Assembly (NCBI RefSeq): GCF_902459465.1
Contig: NW_022985693.1
Location: forward strand, 1,178,001 to 1,242,000
Length of the DNA stretch: 64,000 nucleotides
Direction of reading: 5' to 3'
From: Asterias rubens
Lineage: Eukaryota
In this document: piece by piece, positions 25,501-38,845 of the stretch
Layout of the letters: each line of letters starts with the position of its first letter
How positions within the stretch are numbered: position 1 is the stretch's first letter
Translations under genes and position numbers: made by a program
The notes under the pieces: generated by a model
Databases searched by the model: none
Seen by the model: the letters and a program-made list of their open reading frames with translations, nothing else
What the model was told of the DNA's origin: nothing

Positions 25501-28500
25501 AGCTATAATAGACCATATTGAAAACGATGTCACTGTTTAAATAACTGCCCTACAAGATGGCGTCTGCGAGCATGTGGGTGTGTGTGCGTGCTTGTGCCAT
25601 AGAAAACAAACCGGGGACGCTGCGTTCTGCGACTTTCATAGCAACAATGTGGTTATTCAATACGGTCTATACGTGGATATTAATTTACATCAAAAATGAT
25701 CAGACTTGCATTGATAGCGATGGGTTTTTATTTGCTTCCATCAGGCCTTGCTCACTGCAGTGCCCATGGTGATCCTCATTATTCTTCCTTTGATGGTAAA
25801 CGGTATGATTTCCAAGGAGCATGCAAGTACTACCTGTTGAAATACTGTGGAGAAGATGATGAGGTATCTTTTGATATCATTCAAGAGAACGAACCTCCTT
25901 CAAATAATGCTCATGTGACTATCACTAAAGAAATCACCATTAGGATCTTTGGAATGGTGAGCTAACACTTTATAATCGTAGAAAATATTGCTTTGCCTTC
26001 ACTGCACAGGCATACTCACCATCTTGTTTTTTAATTTGTTTTATTATAAATTATCTTGTTCTTGTACTTTTACCTCTTTGTAGTTTTGTCTATTTAAACT
26101 CTTGTTATTTGACCCCTAATTCAGCCATTGGCAGTGATGGTCTTTTGTTTTTATCAATTCATTTCAAATCAAATCATTAACGTAATGGAATAGGAACTGA
26201 AATGGATGAGTGCATATCAGAAGTAATACACCTCAACATTACTTCTATTTGGAAAGAAAACAATTAAAGTGCTACTTTAGTTTATATATTTGCTTTTAAA
26301 TAAAAAAATGGAAAGCCAACCTCAGTATTAGGATGTAATACATGTAGCTACAGGATTTTGATCAGTATTGTTTCCTATTTCCATACAAACAAATAAATTA
26401 TTCAAATTAATTATTTTTTTTAGGAAATTGGAATGAATCGTGAGATGTCACTGACTATTGATGGTTTACAGCTCTATCTGCCTGTGATTCGACCAGGCGT
26501 TCACATCACCTTCAGGGGCAATAGTATTGTAAGTTTTTGTTTTGTCTGATTTATAAATTTCCCTTTTTCATTTATGCCAACGCATATCAACCATTACTAA
26601 ATGGAATTTCAAGCGGAACAGATGATAAGTTAATTATAATACATGGGAGTGCATAGCAAAATCCTCATCTCATTTCTAATGATGGCGTGTCATGGCCGAG
26701 TGGATAAGAACACTGAACTCAAGCTCTGGTGTTTTCTGATCAGCCAAGTGTGGGTTCAAGTCCGTAAGCAAGGCACTTAACCATTGTTCATAAATACCTC
26801 AGACAGTTTCGCTATTCCTATTGGTGGAGAGCGCGTCACGTGGGTGTGTATAAACCTTTGTTTATGACTAGTAAAAAGTGTTGAAACATGGGTATGACAC
26901 GCGAGCTTGCACCTGTGCTTATAAGACAGTTTCTTCATTCCTATTGGTCATGAGCAACGGCTGAAACAGTTGTGCCACAATACGCGCGAAGGGCACAACA
27001 TTCCCTTATAAGTAGTTGTTTACACAAGGGCCTTACCATTTCATAGCTGGAGGGGTGTTGTGTTGAAAGAAATCATTGAACAATTATAATTTTTGCATTT
27101 ATTTTACTTTTTGACCAAAAAGTGTTGATGTTTTTTGACCGAAAAGGTATTTATGAATGGGAATCAAAGTGTGTTGAATCGGTTTTCAACTAGTGGTTTA
27201 AACCCGCTGAGGCCTGGTTCTTTACAATTTACCTCGACTTCGTCTCGGTAAAATTATCAAGAACCAGGCCTCGTTGGGATTAAACCACTAGTTGAAAACC
27301 TCTTCACCACACATTGATTCCCTTATTGCTGTATCTTTTTCTATACATGTAGGTCATGTATGTTGTGTAATGCAGGTAAAGAACCCAGGGCACTTATTGT
27401 ACAGAGGAGGGGTTCCCCCGGTGTTCCTGGTCTGATCAGCAGCATATTGTGGCGGGTACAGACCGTTATCCAATCCGCAACTTGACCCTGACTCTTGCCG
27501 ACTGAAGTTTTTAAACCACTATAAAGGAATAGGTCTTATACCTAAAAAATAGCCCCTCATAGCTTTGCAGGACAAAATACTCATCGCTTTGATGTGCCCC
27601 TAGGGATGTGATAAAGCACTTTATAAGAACCCAGTATTATTTATTTGATTTGTTTCTCCTATAAGGTTGCACAATTCAATAACACCTTGGAGGTGGAATG
27701 GACTGGAAACGGTGTTGATGTAGAGCTGTCTTATGAGTATTCTAATCAGACTTGTGGTCTATGTGGTAATATGGACATGGATGATGACAATGACTTCAAA
27801 ACACCAGACAATGAAGAGGTGAGACACACGTCTTTATGATCTCTTCTACATGTCAATATAACTGATTCATATTACAGTTAATGCTATAGGCATAACCAGT
27901 TGTAAAACCTTGCCCATATGTACTCTCTTATAACCAGTTTATTTTTTTGAAAAGTGACTAAAAGAGTGGCGAAGAGGTCTGAAACAGCCGTTTCAAACCA
28001 TTAGGATTATTAAACAACAAAGCCAAAGGCAAGTTCCGTTATAGCATGGCTTTGATCCCACAATTGTCAAGAAAAGGACTCAAAGCCACACTCTGTTGAT
28101 CAGAAACACTAGAGCTTGAATCCAGTGTGGAAATGATACATGAAATTACCTTTTTGCTGTGTATCTTTATAGGCCGAAAATGCAGCTGAATTTGGAAACA
28201 GCTGGAAGTACAATGACTGTAATCGTGATGATGATCCAGAACGGCCTCATCCATGTGAAGGACTTCCTTTTGCATTAGATGATGCCAGTTTCTTCTGCAG
28301 TGTGATTAAACGATCCAATGGTAAGGAAATTGATTTGGTGAACACACTGACGGCCTCTTCAGTTCAGATAAACATAATATTCTGCAGTTCTTAAGTAAAT
28401 TGGGCTCTTAATGAGGTCCTGCTCAAAATGTGTATAAAATATTTATAAAATTGTGTAATATTGTTATGATTTACAGGTCCGTTCCGCAATTGTCATGGGA

Positions 28501-31500
28501 AGTTTGATCCAGAACCATTTTACCAAGATTGTGTGTATGATAGTTGTGCTACACATCCACAATTAGATGCCTGCAGCAATATTGCCAGCTATGCTGCTGT
28601 TTGTAAGTCCAATGCCATTGAAGTTGGAACTTGGAGGACTGAGGAATTTTGTTGTAAGTACTTTTAATTTGATTTTAAACTTGAATATTGTTCTACTGTT
28701 GCATTAAAGGCAGTGGACACTGTTGGTAATTACTCAAAATAATTATCATCATAAAACGTTACTTGGTGACGAGTAATGTAAGCTTGGGCGGTTTCTTCGG
28801 TTACCCGGTTCTACCCGGTTCCAAATTGAAAACCGGACCCGCGGTTCCACTCTTCTGTGGAACCGGGTACCCGTTTTTGTCGGTTCTGATTTTAAAAGAC
28901 CGAGTCCCAATTATAAAAGACTCTGTGGAGCTGATCCTGGGACGAACCGGCTCTAGAAATTGAGGCTCGATGTTGAAAGCGGTGACCGCAGATACACTGT
29001 GCAAAGGCTTCAAGCCGACATGAGCATCAACTATCACATGTGGCTGCATTATTATACAACACACAGTGCACAGCCCCCCCCCTCTAATGCATAGGCATCT
29101 ACAACCACCACCTGTATATGCTGAGATATACAGAGTCCAAAGTCCAACCAGACAGCACGTTGTGATTGGCTGCCGATATATCCATATTCGTAAAAGCTTG
29201 TCCCATGCACAAAACACACAGTACTGTATGCATGTACAGGCATGTACACTTGTATGTACAGAGACGGCACACTGCATGCACTACGGACGTACTGCACTAC
29301 GGACGTACTGCACTACGGACGTACTGCACTACGGACGTACTGCACTACGGACAGACTGCTGCTGGCAAAATCAAAGACTTGTTTAAATGCAGGGAGAATA
29401 GGTGCTCGGTGGCACGATGTCTGATTGACTTGGTGGGTACTCTGGTATTAATTTTTCGTTAAAAATAGATCGGCTCCAATTGTGTGTGTTTGTGAGCTCC
29501 GGACCGATGTCTGATTAACTTGGTTATTTTCAGTTAAAATAGATCGGCTTAATTGTATGTGTGTGTGAGCTCGGGACAGGCGGCTTATGTTTTATATTGA
29601 ATTGGAACCGGGTATGTCTCAGAACCGAGCTTTTTTTCACATAGAAGATATTTGTGCTCATAGCCATTGCAAATTTGTCATGTGAACAACTAATACATGT
29701 ATGCAGAATAAACAGGCAATGTTTGCTGTTTTAAATAATTTAAAAATTGCTTGTTATTCCAATTCAACTCTGCGGTGGCCCTATGCCCAAATTATCTTCC
29801 TCATAACATACTCTGAGTTCTAAATGTACATGCCTGTCACGGTCACTGATTAACAGACTGTTATTGACTGTCAGTGATCAAACAAACAGCTTAAACCCAT
29901 TGTCAGAAATTCCCCCAAGCCTGTCTGAGTCCTTTATACCTTTGTTACAATTGAAGCACTGTTGGGAAAAAAATTTTTTTCTCTCTAGGCATTTAGGTAG
30001 CTTAAAATATCTTCACATGTAAATTGACCTGTGGGTCATTCTTTCATAAGTCAAGGCACTATTGGGTTCCTTGATTTTTAACAAAATGGTAGAATATGTT
30101 ATGCTGTTTGTGCACAAACAGAACACATTTGTTATCAATTCAGACTCAACTTCTTTGAATATGAAATGTGGTTCTGTTGGACAGAGAGGGGAAGGTATCC
30201 TGAAAAGGAAAGGGGGTAAAATGGGCAAATGTAACAGACAGTTATGAAAACCTCAGAAAAGTTTGCCTTGCACAATATTAATGAATTTTTCCCAATTTAA
30301 ATGCAACATTTCAAAACTTTGACAGAATAATCTCTCTCTGCTTTCACTAATACATTTCTTAAATGTATCAGAAATCTTTTCTACGTTTGAAAGATTGGCA
30401 ATTTGTTTTTGTTTTGTTGTTAGTTATGTACAACACAGTGCAACATTTGGATTAATTTGTCCATTAACTTAATTTGTCTTTAGCTCTACGCTGCCCTGAA
30501 CATTCTTCCTACAACCCCTGTATGACTGCTTGCCCATTGATGTGTGGTGAACCGGAACAACGACAGGATGATTTTAGGTGTCCATTTCCATGCGTAGAAG
30601 GTTGTGAATGTGATGATGGACATGTACTTGATGGTAACCAGAGATGTGTTCCGGAGAACGGATGTGGATGCGTCAGTCAAGGAGTATACCACAGGGTATG
30701 ATGTTTTTCCCCCTCATTTTTCCCTTCATTAAATTTTTACTTGAATGAGGTCAACTAATGACATCTACCCAGATTATCTGTGAGGGTAGTTTGAATGTTC
30801 TTCTATCAGCCAATTACAGGTCATCCTTTGTCCTTGATGAGGGTGCAGTTTGCTTGTGTGATGTCTTTCAGACTATTGTGTTTGATTTTGTAATGTGCTT
30901 TGTTTTGTGTGTCTGTGTGTGCTCAGGTAGGTATACACATTCAGCAGTCTAGCTAGGCATACAAGTGTGCCAGGCTGACTCGCTATTGACAAATTCTGAC
31001 ACTCTATTTTATTTTCCCGATATGCTATTGATACCTCATAATAATCATGAATGTTTTTCTTTGTATAATTTGCAATAAGAACTTCTCGTGTTTTTTTCTT
31101 GTATGAAAAAATGGTTAAGGAAAATAGTTTACTGTCCTCGACGAGCGGGAACGTGACAAATTTCAGTCTTTTACAGTTTTTTGAATCCTCAATTAGTAAA
31201 TTTTTCATTTGCCCAATCCCAGTTTATTTTACTCACTTTATTTAAAATAAAATACATTAATTGGTTTAAACATGAATATTTTAAAGATTTCTTTTCTTTC
31301 CTACAGGCCTCTGAGTTTTTCTATACTACTGACTGCGCCTTTGAATGTGAATGTTTAAGCAATACAGCAACGTGTGTGAGCTCATCCTGTCATGCTGAAA
31401 GTTTCTGTGGTGTAGCAGATAACCATTATGGATGTCATTGTAATGTTGGATACATAGGTGATGGCAAAGACTGTACAGGTGAGTAGGGAATGTGGGTTGA

Positions 31501-34500
31501 ATCCAGGAGAAAACATTGAAAAAAACTTACTTGTGAAAAGGGAGAGCACACTTGTTTTTTTGCTGTGGGGAATGTTTCACATTTCACATTTATTGTTTTA
31601 AGTTAACTGGAAAAGACTGATTTGAAATGATTTTACCCTCAGTTGATCCATGTGCCTCAAGTCCTTGTAACCACGGGCTATGTGTTTTAGATGAATCACA
31701 CTCTGGTGGATTTTACTGTCGATGCTTGAGAGGGACTCAGGGAAGATTCTGTGATGAAGGTAAATACACATTATGGCTACGCCTTAAAGGTATTGGACAC
31801 TATCGGTAATTACTCAAAGTACCTGTTAGCATAAAACTTACCGTACTTGGTAACAAGCAATCGAGAGTTGTTGACAGTACAAAACTATACGAGAAATGGC
31901 TCCTTCTGAAGTACTGTAGTTTTCGAGAAAGAAGTAACTTTCCATGATTTTGATTTCGAGACCTCAGAATTAGATTTTGAGGTCCTGAAATCAAGCATCT
32001 AAAACCACACAACTTTGTGTGAGAAGTGTTTTTTCCTTCCATTATTATACCGCAACCTCAATGACCAATGGAGTTCAAATTTTCACTGGTTTGTTATTTT
32101 ATGCATATGCTGAGATACACCAAATTGGAAGACTGGTCTTTGACAATTACCAAAGGTGTCCAGTGCCTTTAAGAAAAAATAGTCTGAATTTTTACTGACT
32201 TGCTATTTACCATTGATAGTTTTTAACTGACTTATATAAATTGCTTTTTACCATTGATAGTATTTGACTGATTTAATGATTTTAACTATTGATAGTTTTT
32301 GACTAACTTTTTGCTATTTAACAGTGACAGTTTTTGACTGACTTGTTGCTTTTTACAATTGATAGTTTTTGACTGACCTATTGCTTTTTTAATTGATAGT
32401 TTTTAACTGAGTTATTGCTATTTACCACTGATAGTTTTTGACTGACCTATTGAGCAATTAGCAATGGAGATGACACTTAGAAGTTATAGCATATAACATA
32501 TGAAACCAATTTATTTTATGTTAAATTTCCAATGGGGATAAAGAGTATTAATTTTGGATTTTACCCATAAACCGATTTGTGCAAGCACTGTATACTCAGC
32601 ACTTTTCCGAGTCCTGTGAAAAAATATCACAAGCATATTACTTGATGGGATTTGAACCCATGACCTTTGCAATTCTAGAGATTGCCCGTAAGCTAGAGGC
32701 AGTTTGAATCCCATGTTTTAGCAGCAGGTACCGCAACATCATACTAGATGTTAAATTTGCATCTGGGATAAAGAATATGCACAGAGTTATTCTCTTCATT
32801 TAAGATTTGAATTTTTGTTTGGTAAAAATCATTTTGTAAAAATCAAGTTTGTAATGTTATCATGTTTTACTTATTTTAAGTGGCCATAGTCCTTAGGCTG
32901 TTTATTTTTGTGAATTTTCTAGAACCAGACTATGAGCTTGCTTTATCAGGATATACTTTGGTTGGTGTCAGCTTCATGCTTAGTATTATGTTGGTTTCAT
33001 GTGCATACCAGTCAAACTCAAATTTTAACATTTCTTTCACATTCATGCATTAACCAAGGTATTCACATGCTGGCAGCACCAAAATCTCTTGGTGGAAGAA
33101 ACAATAGTAATACGCACAAAGAAAACATTGATAGTTCCTTGTAAGTGCATACACGTTTTAACATTGAACAAAATGCTTGTTTAGGGCCATTCATTCGCTA
33201 GTTCACGAAACCGGACTTTATATCACATAATAATACGTATATGTACCTCCATGTGACCAGTCTTCGGCCAATCAGAGTGCATACATTCTCCAAGATATTT
33301 GTTAATATAAAAAAAATAAAGTTTAACAAAAACATACAGACATTGTTATCTCTAGTGTCTGTGTGTAGAATCAAGCTTTTCAAGCCATATTTGTAAAGAT
33401 GAGTTTGTGGGTAGCAAAGCAATAACTTGTCTCTTTTTATTTACTGAAATATTTACCAGGGAGAGGCCATTGCTATGCATATGGAGATCCTCATTATGAA
33501 ACCTTTGATGGGAAAAAGTATGATTTCCAAGGCGACTGTAAGTATGTCATGTTGCAACCTTGTGATCCAACTGTTGTAACACCATTCAAAGTCATCGTAG
33601 ATAATGAGATTGTACGAAGAGGTCGAAAGGGTGCATCTTCTACAGCAGCTGTCTATGTATATGTGTATGACTGGGTGAGTTATAAATGAAGATCTTTCTT
33701 ATAATAACAATAATATATGGATTTATAAAGTGCACATTCTAAAATATATACTCATGGCGCTTCGACAACAGATGATATTGATGTACAATTATTAAACATC
33801 AGGAAATTTCATTGCTAAGAAGCTAGACACAGTATGCTTGTGAAAAGAGCAGCGTCTTCGGTTCTGCTTTGAAGGTTTCCAGAGCAACAATGATCCGGAT
33901 GGAGTTTGGTATTCCAAACTTGATATTCCATGCCCACTGCTGATCCTTGCCATTTTATTACTTTCCGTTTAAAAGATAACCAACAGACATAAACTTCCCA
34001 ATTAGACCACTTGTAACTTATGTTACCATATTAATGAATTATATTTGTGGTGTGCATTCAGGTGATTGGCATGAATAGTAAGAGAAAAATTATGGTCAAC
34101 GGTTCAAGTTTACGTCTCCCTTTGACACTCCCAGGTATTACGATTGTGAAACGAGGAAAGAATGTTGTAAGTACCACACTCATATATGTATCTATGGTTC
34201 TTAAAATTCTACTGTCCTTTTCTTAATTATGTTATTGCACTAAATAAGTGTTATTGCAGCATTTTTTTTAAATCAATATCTTGCGTTGTAGACTGGTGTT
34301 TAAATATCTCATGTCATCAGACAATTCATTTAAGCTGTTTATTTTCTTTGTTAATGATAGGTCCTTAGCACAGACTTTGGTCTGGAAGTGAGATGGAATC
34401 GCAAAGCGGGATTAGATGTCTCAGTGCCTCTACTTTACCGCAATAACACCTGTGGGCTTGGAGGTAGCTGGGATGGCAACTCAGATAACGATTTTGAAGA

Positions 34501-37500
34501 TGTAAGTTGATTTTGTGTATGATATTCAAATATGGAAACCCACTCATTGGAGTTTACAATCATAACTGCAGTTTGCTTTACAATATATACTTAAACGACT
34601 TATTTTTTTGCAAAACAGTACGAAAGTGCGGAGATGTTTGGAAACAGATGGAAAATAAATGATGAGGAATGTCCTGGAGAGCCAGAGCCACCTGAACTCA
34701 ACTGTTCATCACTCAGTCTGGTAATCGTCCGGGATTTGTGCCAGGTTTTCTTCTTACGTAAGTTAAAATTCTTAAACACAGTTTGAGTGTGTTTCTATTA
34801 ATTGCAATTAGACCATAGGATGATCGCTAGAATTGTTCAAAACCGTAGCCCCCACTTTTGGACCACGCACATTTTGTACGTAGGTATGAAGTAAAATACA
34901 GAAAATCCATTACTCGCTGTTGCTTGGCGAAAATCCTGCACCAAATCCCGAAAAGAAACAATTACGGCGACATATAGTGATCTAAAAATCCTCGGAAGCC
35001 TGCGATGTGGGTGACGTAATTCGAAGCATTATTGTGTTTCGTTCCCACACTTTACCATTTAACATACAGTGTATTTCTTCAGCCGATTTACAGGCTCATT
35101 CGGCAAAATTATAAGTTATCATACAAGCGCGAGTGGAATACGAACAAAATAGTGCGTCTGCGTCCCACATCCAACTTGGCCGAGCGTGTGATAATAAAAA
35201 ATTAACACACGCACGTCGTTCAACGAAAAACAAATGGCATCGTACTTGATGTTCAATCAATAAAAATCATGGGTTTTTGTTGTAGGCCTTTGCATGTTAA
35301 TCGGACAGAAAAGGGGAAAATTGACATCGTTCACATTAAACACTCGGAAAAGGTTCTTGCACTGCTGTGAACGATTGGTAAATAGTCCCAGTGTAAACAG
35401 ACGTTATCAAAAATAACTGTTTTTGACCTAAAATTTCCCAAAAATTGGTCTGTTCACGAACTGTGCAGTTTTAGAGCTTAGCAACAACCAAATTCGGATT
35501 CAGTACCATTGAAAACCCTTGTGCGGCAAATTTCATGCGGTCCGGAGATGGGGACCACGGAACCCAAAAAATAGGCCCCTTTTCAATACCCATCCCATGG
35601 TCTAAATAGTTCAGCATTTGTTTATGTTTATAAAAAATCAGTGTTTTTTCTAACAAACAAATACATCGGTTCACTGTTGAAATTTCAACCATTTCAATTA
35701 AAAAATAGATAACAATTTCACATTATCAGAACTCAAAATACTCGACTGATATATAGGGAAACTAAGAAGCACCTGTATATTTCTCATTTCTCCACGTTAC
35801 GTAATCTTAAAGGAATTCATGACCTGTTCTTGAAATGAGCTAAGGCTGAACTTTGAACTATTTCACAACCTTTCCTTTCAACCCAGGTGCATTTGAAAGA
35901 TGTACATCACTTGGTCTAGCACAGATCTTCTATGATAGCTGTGTGTATGATCTGTGTGTAACATTTCCTGAGACAACCGACTTGTGTACAACTACTGCAT
36001 TGTATGCAGATTTGTGTCATGAAAATGGTTTTGATGTAGACCTGTGGAGAACCAGACAGTTTTGCCGTGAGTACAACCAGGATAAATATCATCTTCTTCA
36101 AACTTGCCAATAAAAGTGCCAAACAATGGGTCCAAGACAAGCAATGTTTGAGGCTCTAGTACATGTGTGTAGGATGAATTTGTGTTTTTGACAACAAACA
36201 ATAAAACTCCCTTCTCTATAAAAACTTCTGGGGTTGAATTCACAAAGCTAGTCTTAACATAGGACTAGTCTAGGACTCTAAAGGCTAGTCCTAATAACCT
36301 GTCCTAACTCGAGATAAGACTAATTAACTCTTTGTGGTGCTGCAACAGAAAATGATCTGTCTCCCCAGTTGTAATGAAATTTTTACTTCTTGAGGAAAAT
36401 ATTTATTTCCAGATTAAAAGTTGCGGGATTGTTGATAGCTTTAGAAAGTAATCAACATATCTCTTATATTACAGCACTGGAATGTCCTGAACACTCAAGT
36501 TACACTCAGTGTGCCTCAGCCTGCCCAGGGACGTGTTTCCAACCTGAAGATCCAGCTTGCCCTCATATATGTGTTGAAGGTTGTGAATGTGATGATGGCT
36601 TTCTTTACGATGGAGAAGAATGTGTACGGCAAGAAGAATGCGGATGTGAAGGACCTATGTCTTATTTAGAGGTTAGATTAATGATAATATGAATTTAGAC
36701 TTATAACAGCAACTCTTCGGAAACAGATGAAGGCCCATACACAAAACAATAATAAAGGTGTCACAAAAGTTATGTTCCGCACAAGTGAAGAGAAAAATTA
36801 TCAAAAACTTGAATTCCCTTGAGAAGATGTTTAATAAAAGGTGTTGTTTGATGTAGTGTGGCAGGGAACTTGTTCTAAATGGCAGGTAAAGCATCGTTAA
36901 TAGTTGTTGGTAAATCATTTCTACTTGCCATATTTCCTGCCCAACATATAATATGAATAAACTAAAACCAGTATTCAAAAGTTTCTCAAAGACTTTAAGA
37001 TTTTTCAATGGAATTGCCCTTCTCAAAGTGAAAATGGCCTTGCCCTCTCAAAGATGAAATTCTAGGCTTGCACTTCAAGGATGGCTTGAGTACAAACTCA
37101 GTCATTCTACATTATAGATCTAAAGCAACAAAATGAAGAAAAGAGCTGTCACTTTATGAACTACTTGATGAAGTGATCTAGATTGTAGATAATGATTTTG
37201 GTTTATTGTTGGTTGTGCCTTTTGTATTTCAGGATGGTCAGGTTGAAGTATTTTGTGTTCTGCCTCATCTTTCTCCTCTAGGACCCTGCTTCGAATCCCA
37301 CCAGGGGCACTATGTGGATTAGGTTTTCAGTCCCTACCTGACTTTGTGGAATTTCCCTGGAAATAATCTCTTGGGTTTTCCTCCCATCTAAGACTGAACC
37401 TTCCTTCCAATTGTCTTCTCTCCATTGGGTTCTTTGCTAGTGGAGTGATTAAGTTTCGATCCTTGAGAGTCCTTGGCTTCATAACTATAGAACCATTGAA

Positions 37501-38774
37501 ATGAAATTTCTATGTTTTAATTAATGTCTTTATTAATTCTTCTGGATATTATCTTGGCCAGCCTGGGGAAACGTATGTCAGTTTGGACTGTGGACAGCGT
37601 TGTACATGTAATGGACAAAATGAAACAGTCTGTGAGGATGTTTCCTGTGCTGTCAATGCAATATGTGAAGTACAAGATGGAGAGCTTGGCTGTTACTGTA
37701 ATGATGGTTTCTATCAATCTGAAGAGGAATGTCTACGTGAGTAACTCATTTCTTTATCAAATGACACACTTTATCCACTACGTCATACGACAAATATAGC
37801 AACATGTATCCGTATTGTACTCAACAATAACAACTAAAATTTAATCAATAACAACACTTAGTTGACAGAAATATTTTGTATCTCTACTTATTAATTTTGG
37901 TTTTTACCCATACACTGATGTGTGTTAGCACTGTATACTCAGTACTTTCCCGAGTCCTGTGAAAAAATATCACAGACATGTTACTCGGGTGGGATTCGAA
38001 CCCACGACCCTTGCAATTCTAGAGCAGTGTCTTACCAACTAGACTACCGAGGTTGCCCGGCAGCTAGAGGCAGTTCAAATCCTATGTTTTGGCAGCGGGT
38101 ACCGCAACGATATAGTAGATGTTAAATTTGCATCGGGGATAAAGAATATTAGGTTTGGTTTTTACCCATACACCGATGTGTGTTAGCACTGTATACTCAG
38201 TACTTTCCCGAGTCCTGTGAAAAAATATATCACAGGCATGTTACTCGGGTGGGATTCGAACCCACGACCCTTGCAATTCTAGAGCAGTGTCTTACCAACT
38301 AGACTACCGAGGTTGCCCGGCAGCTAGAGGCAGTTCGAATCCTATGTTTTGGCAGCGGGTACCGCAACGATATAATAGATGTTAAATTTGAATCGGGGAT
38401 AAAGAATATTAATTTTTTTATTTTTTTATTTTGGAATCTATAACTCTAGGGTTACCAAAAGGGGGAAATGTCATCATTTCAACACACCCTTGAATTTGTA
38501 TTCAAGTCTCAGACTTGTTTTGTTTGCAATGACTCTCAACCCTGCTTTAATTCATTTGATGTTATTTGATTCAGCGGACCCATGCGATAGTGGTGAAGAG
38601 CATTGCTCAGGGAATGGTAAATGTGTCAGTCATGGTGACGGAACATTCCATTGTGAATGCAACCAAGGCTGGTCTGGTGAAGCATGTGATGATGGTGAGT
38701 ACCTTCAATCAATCAATCAATCAATATTTTGTGTATGAATAAAGTGTTTGCTTTGAAAAGTAAAAAAAAAAAAG

Positions 38775-38845
<71 letters not shown>

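Noticed and set aside
29277-29352. CRISPR-like array (also considered for the 57-bp and 35-bp repeats)
   Set aside because: Contiguous tandem units with no unique spacers, in a eukaryotic intron with no cas genes.
28801-29462. Several overlapping 60-158 aa ORFs on both strands
   Set aside because: Low-complexity translations of a repeat-containing element, with no domain signature.
37985-38060. tRNA gene (A and B boxes, AGA-like anticodon loop)
   Set aside because: Anticodon and acceptor stems pair poorly and it is embedded in a multi-copy repeat; treated as tRNA-derived.
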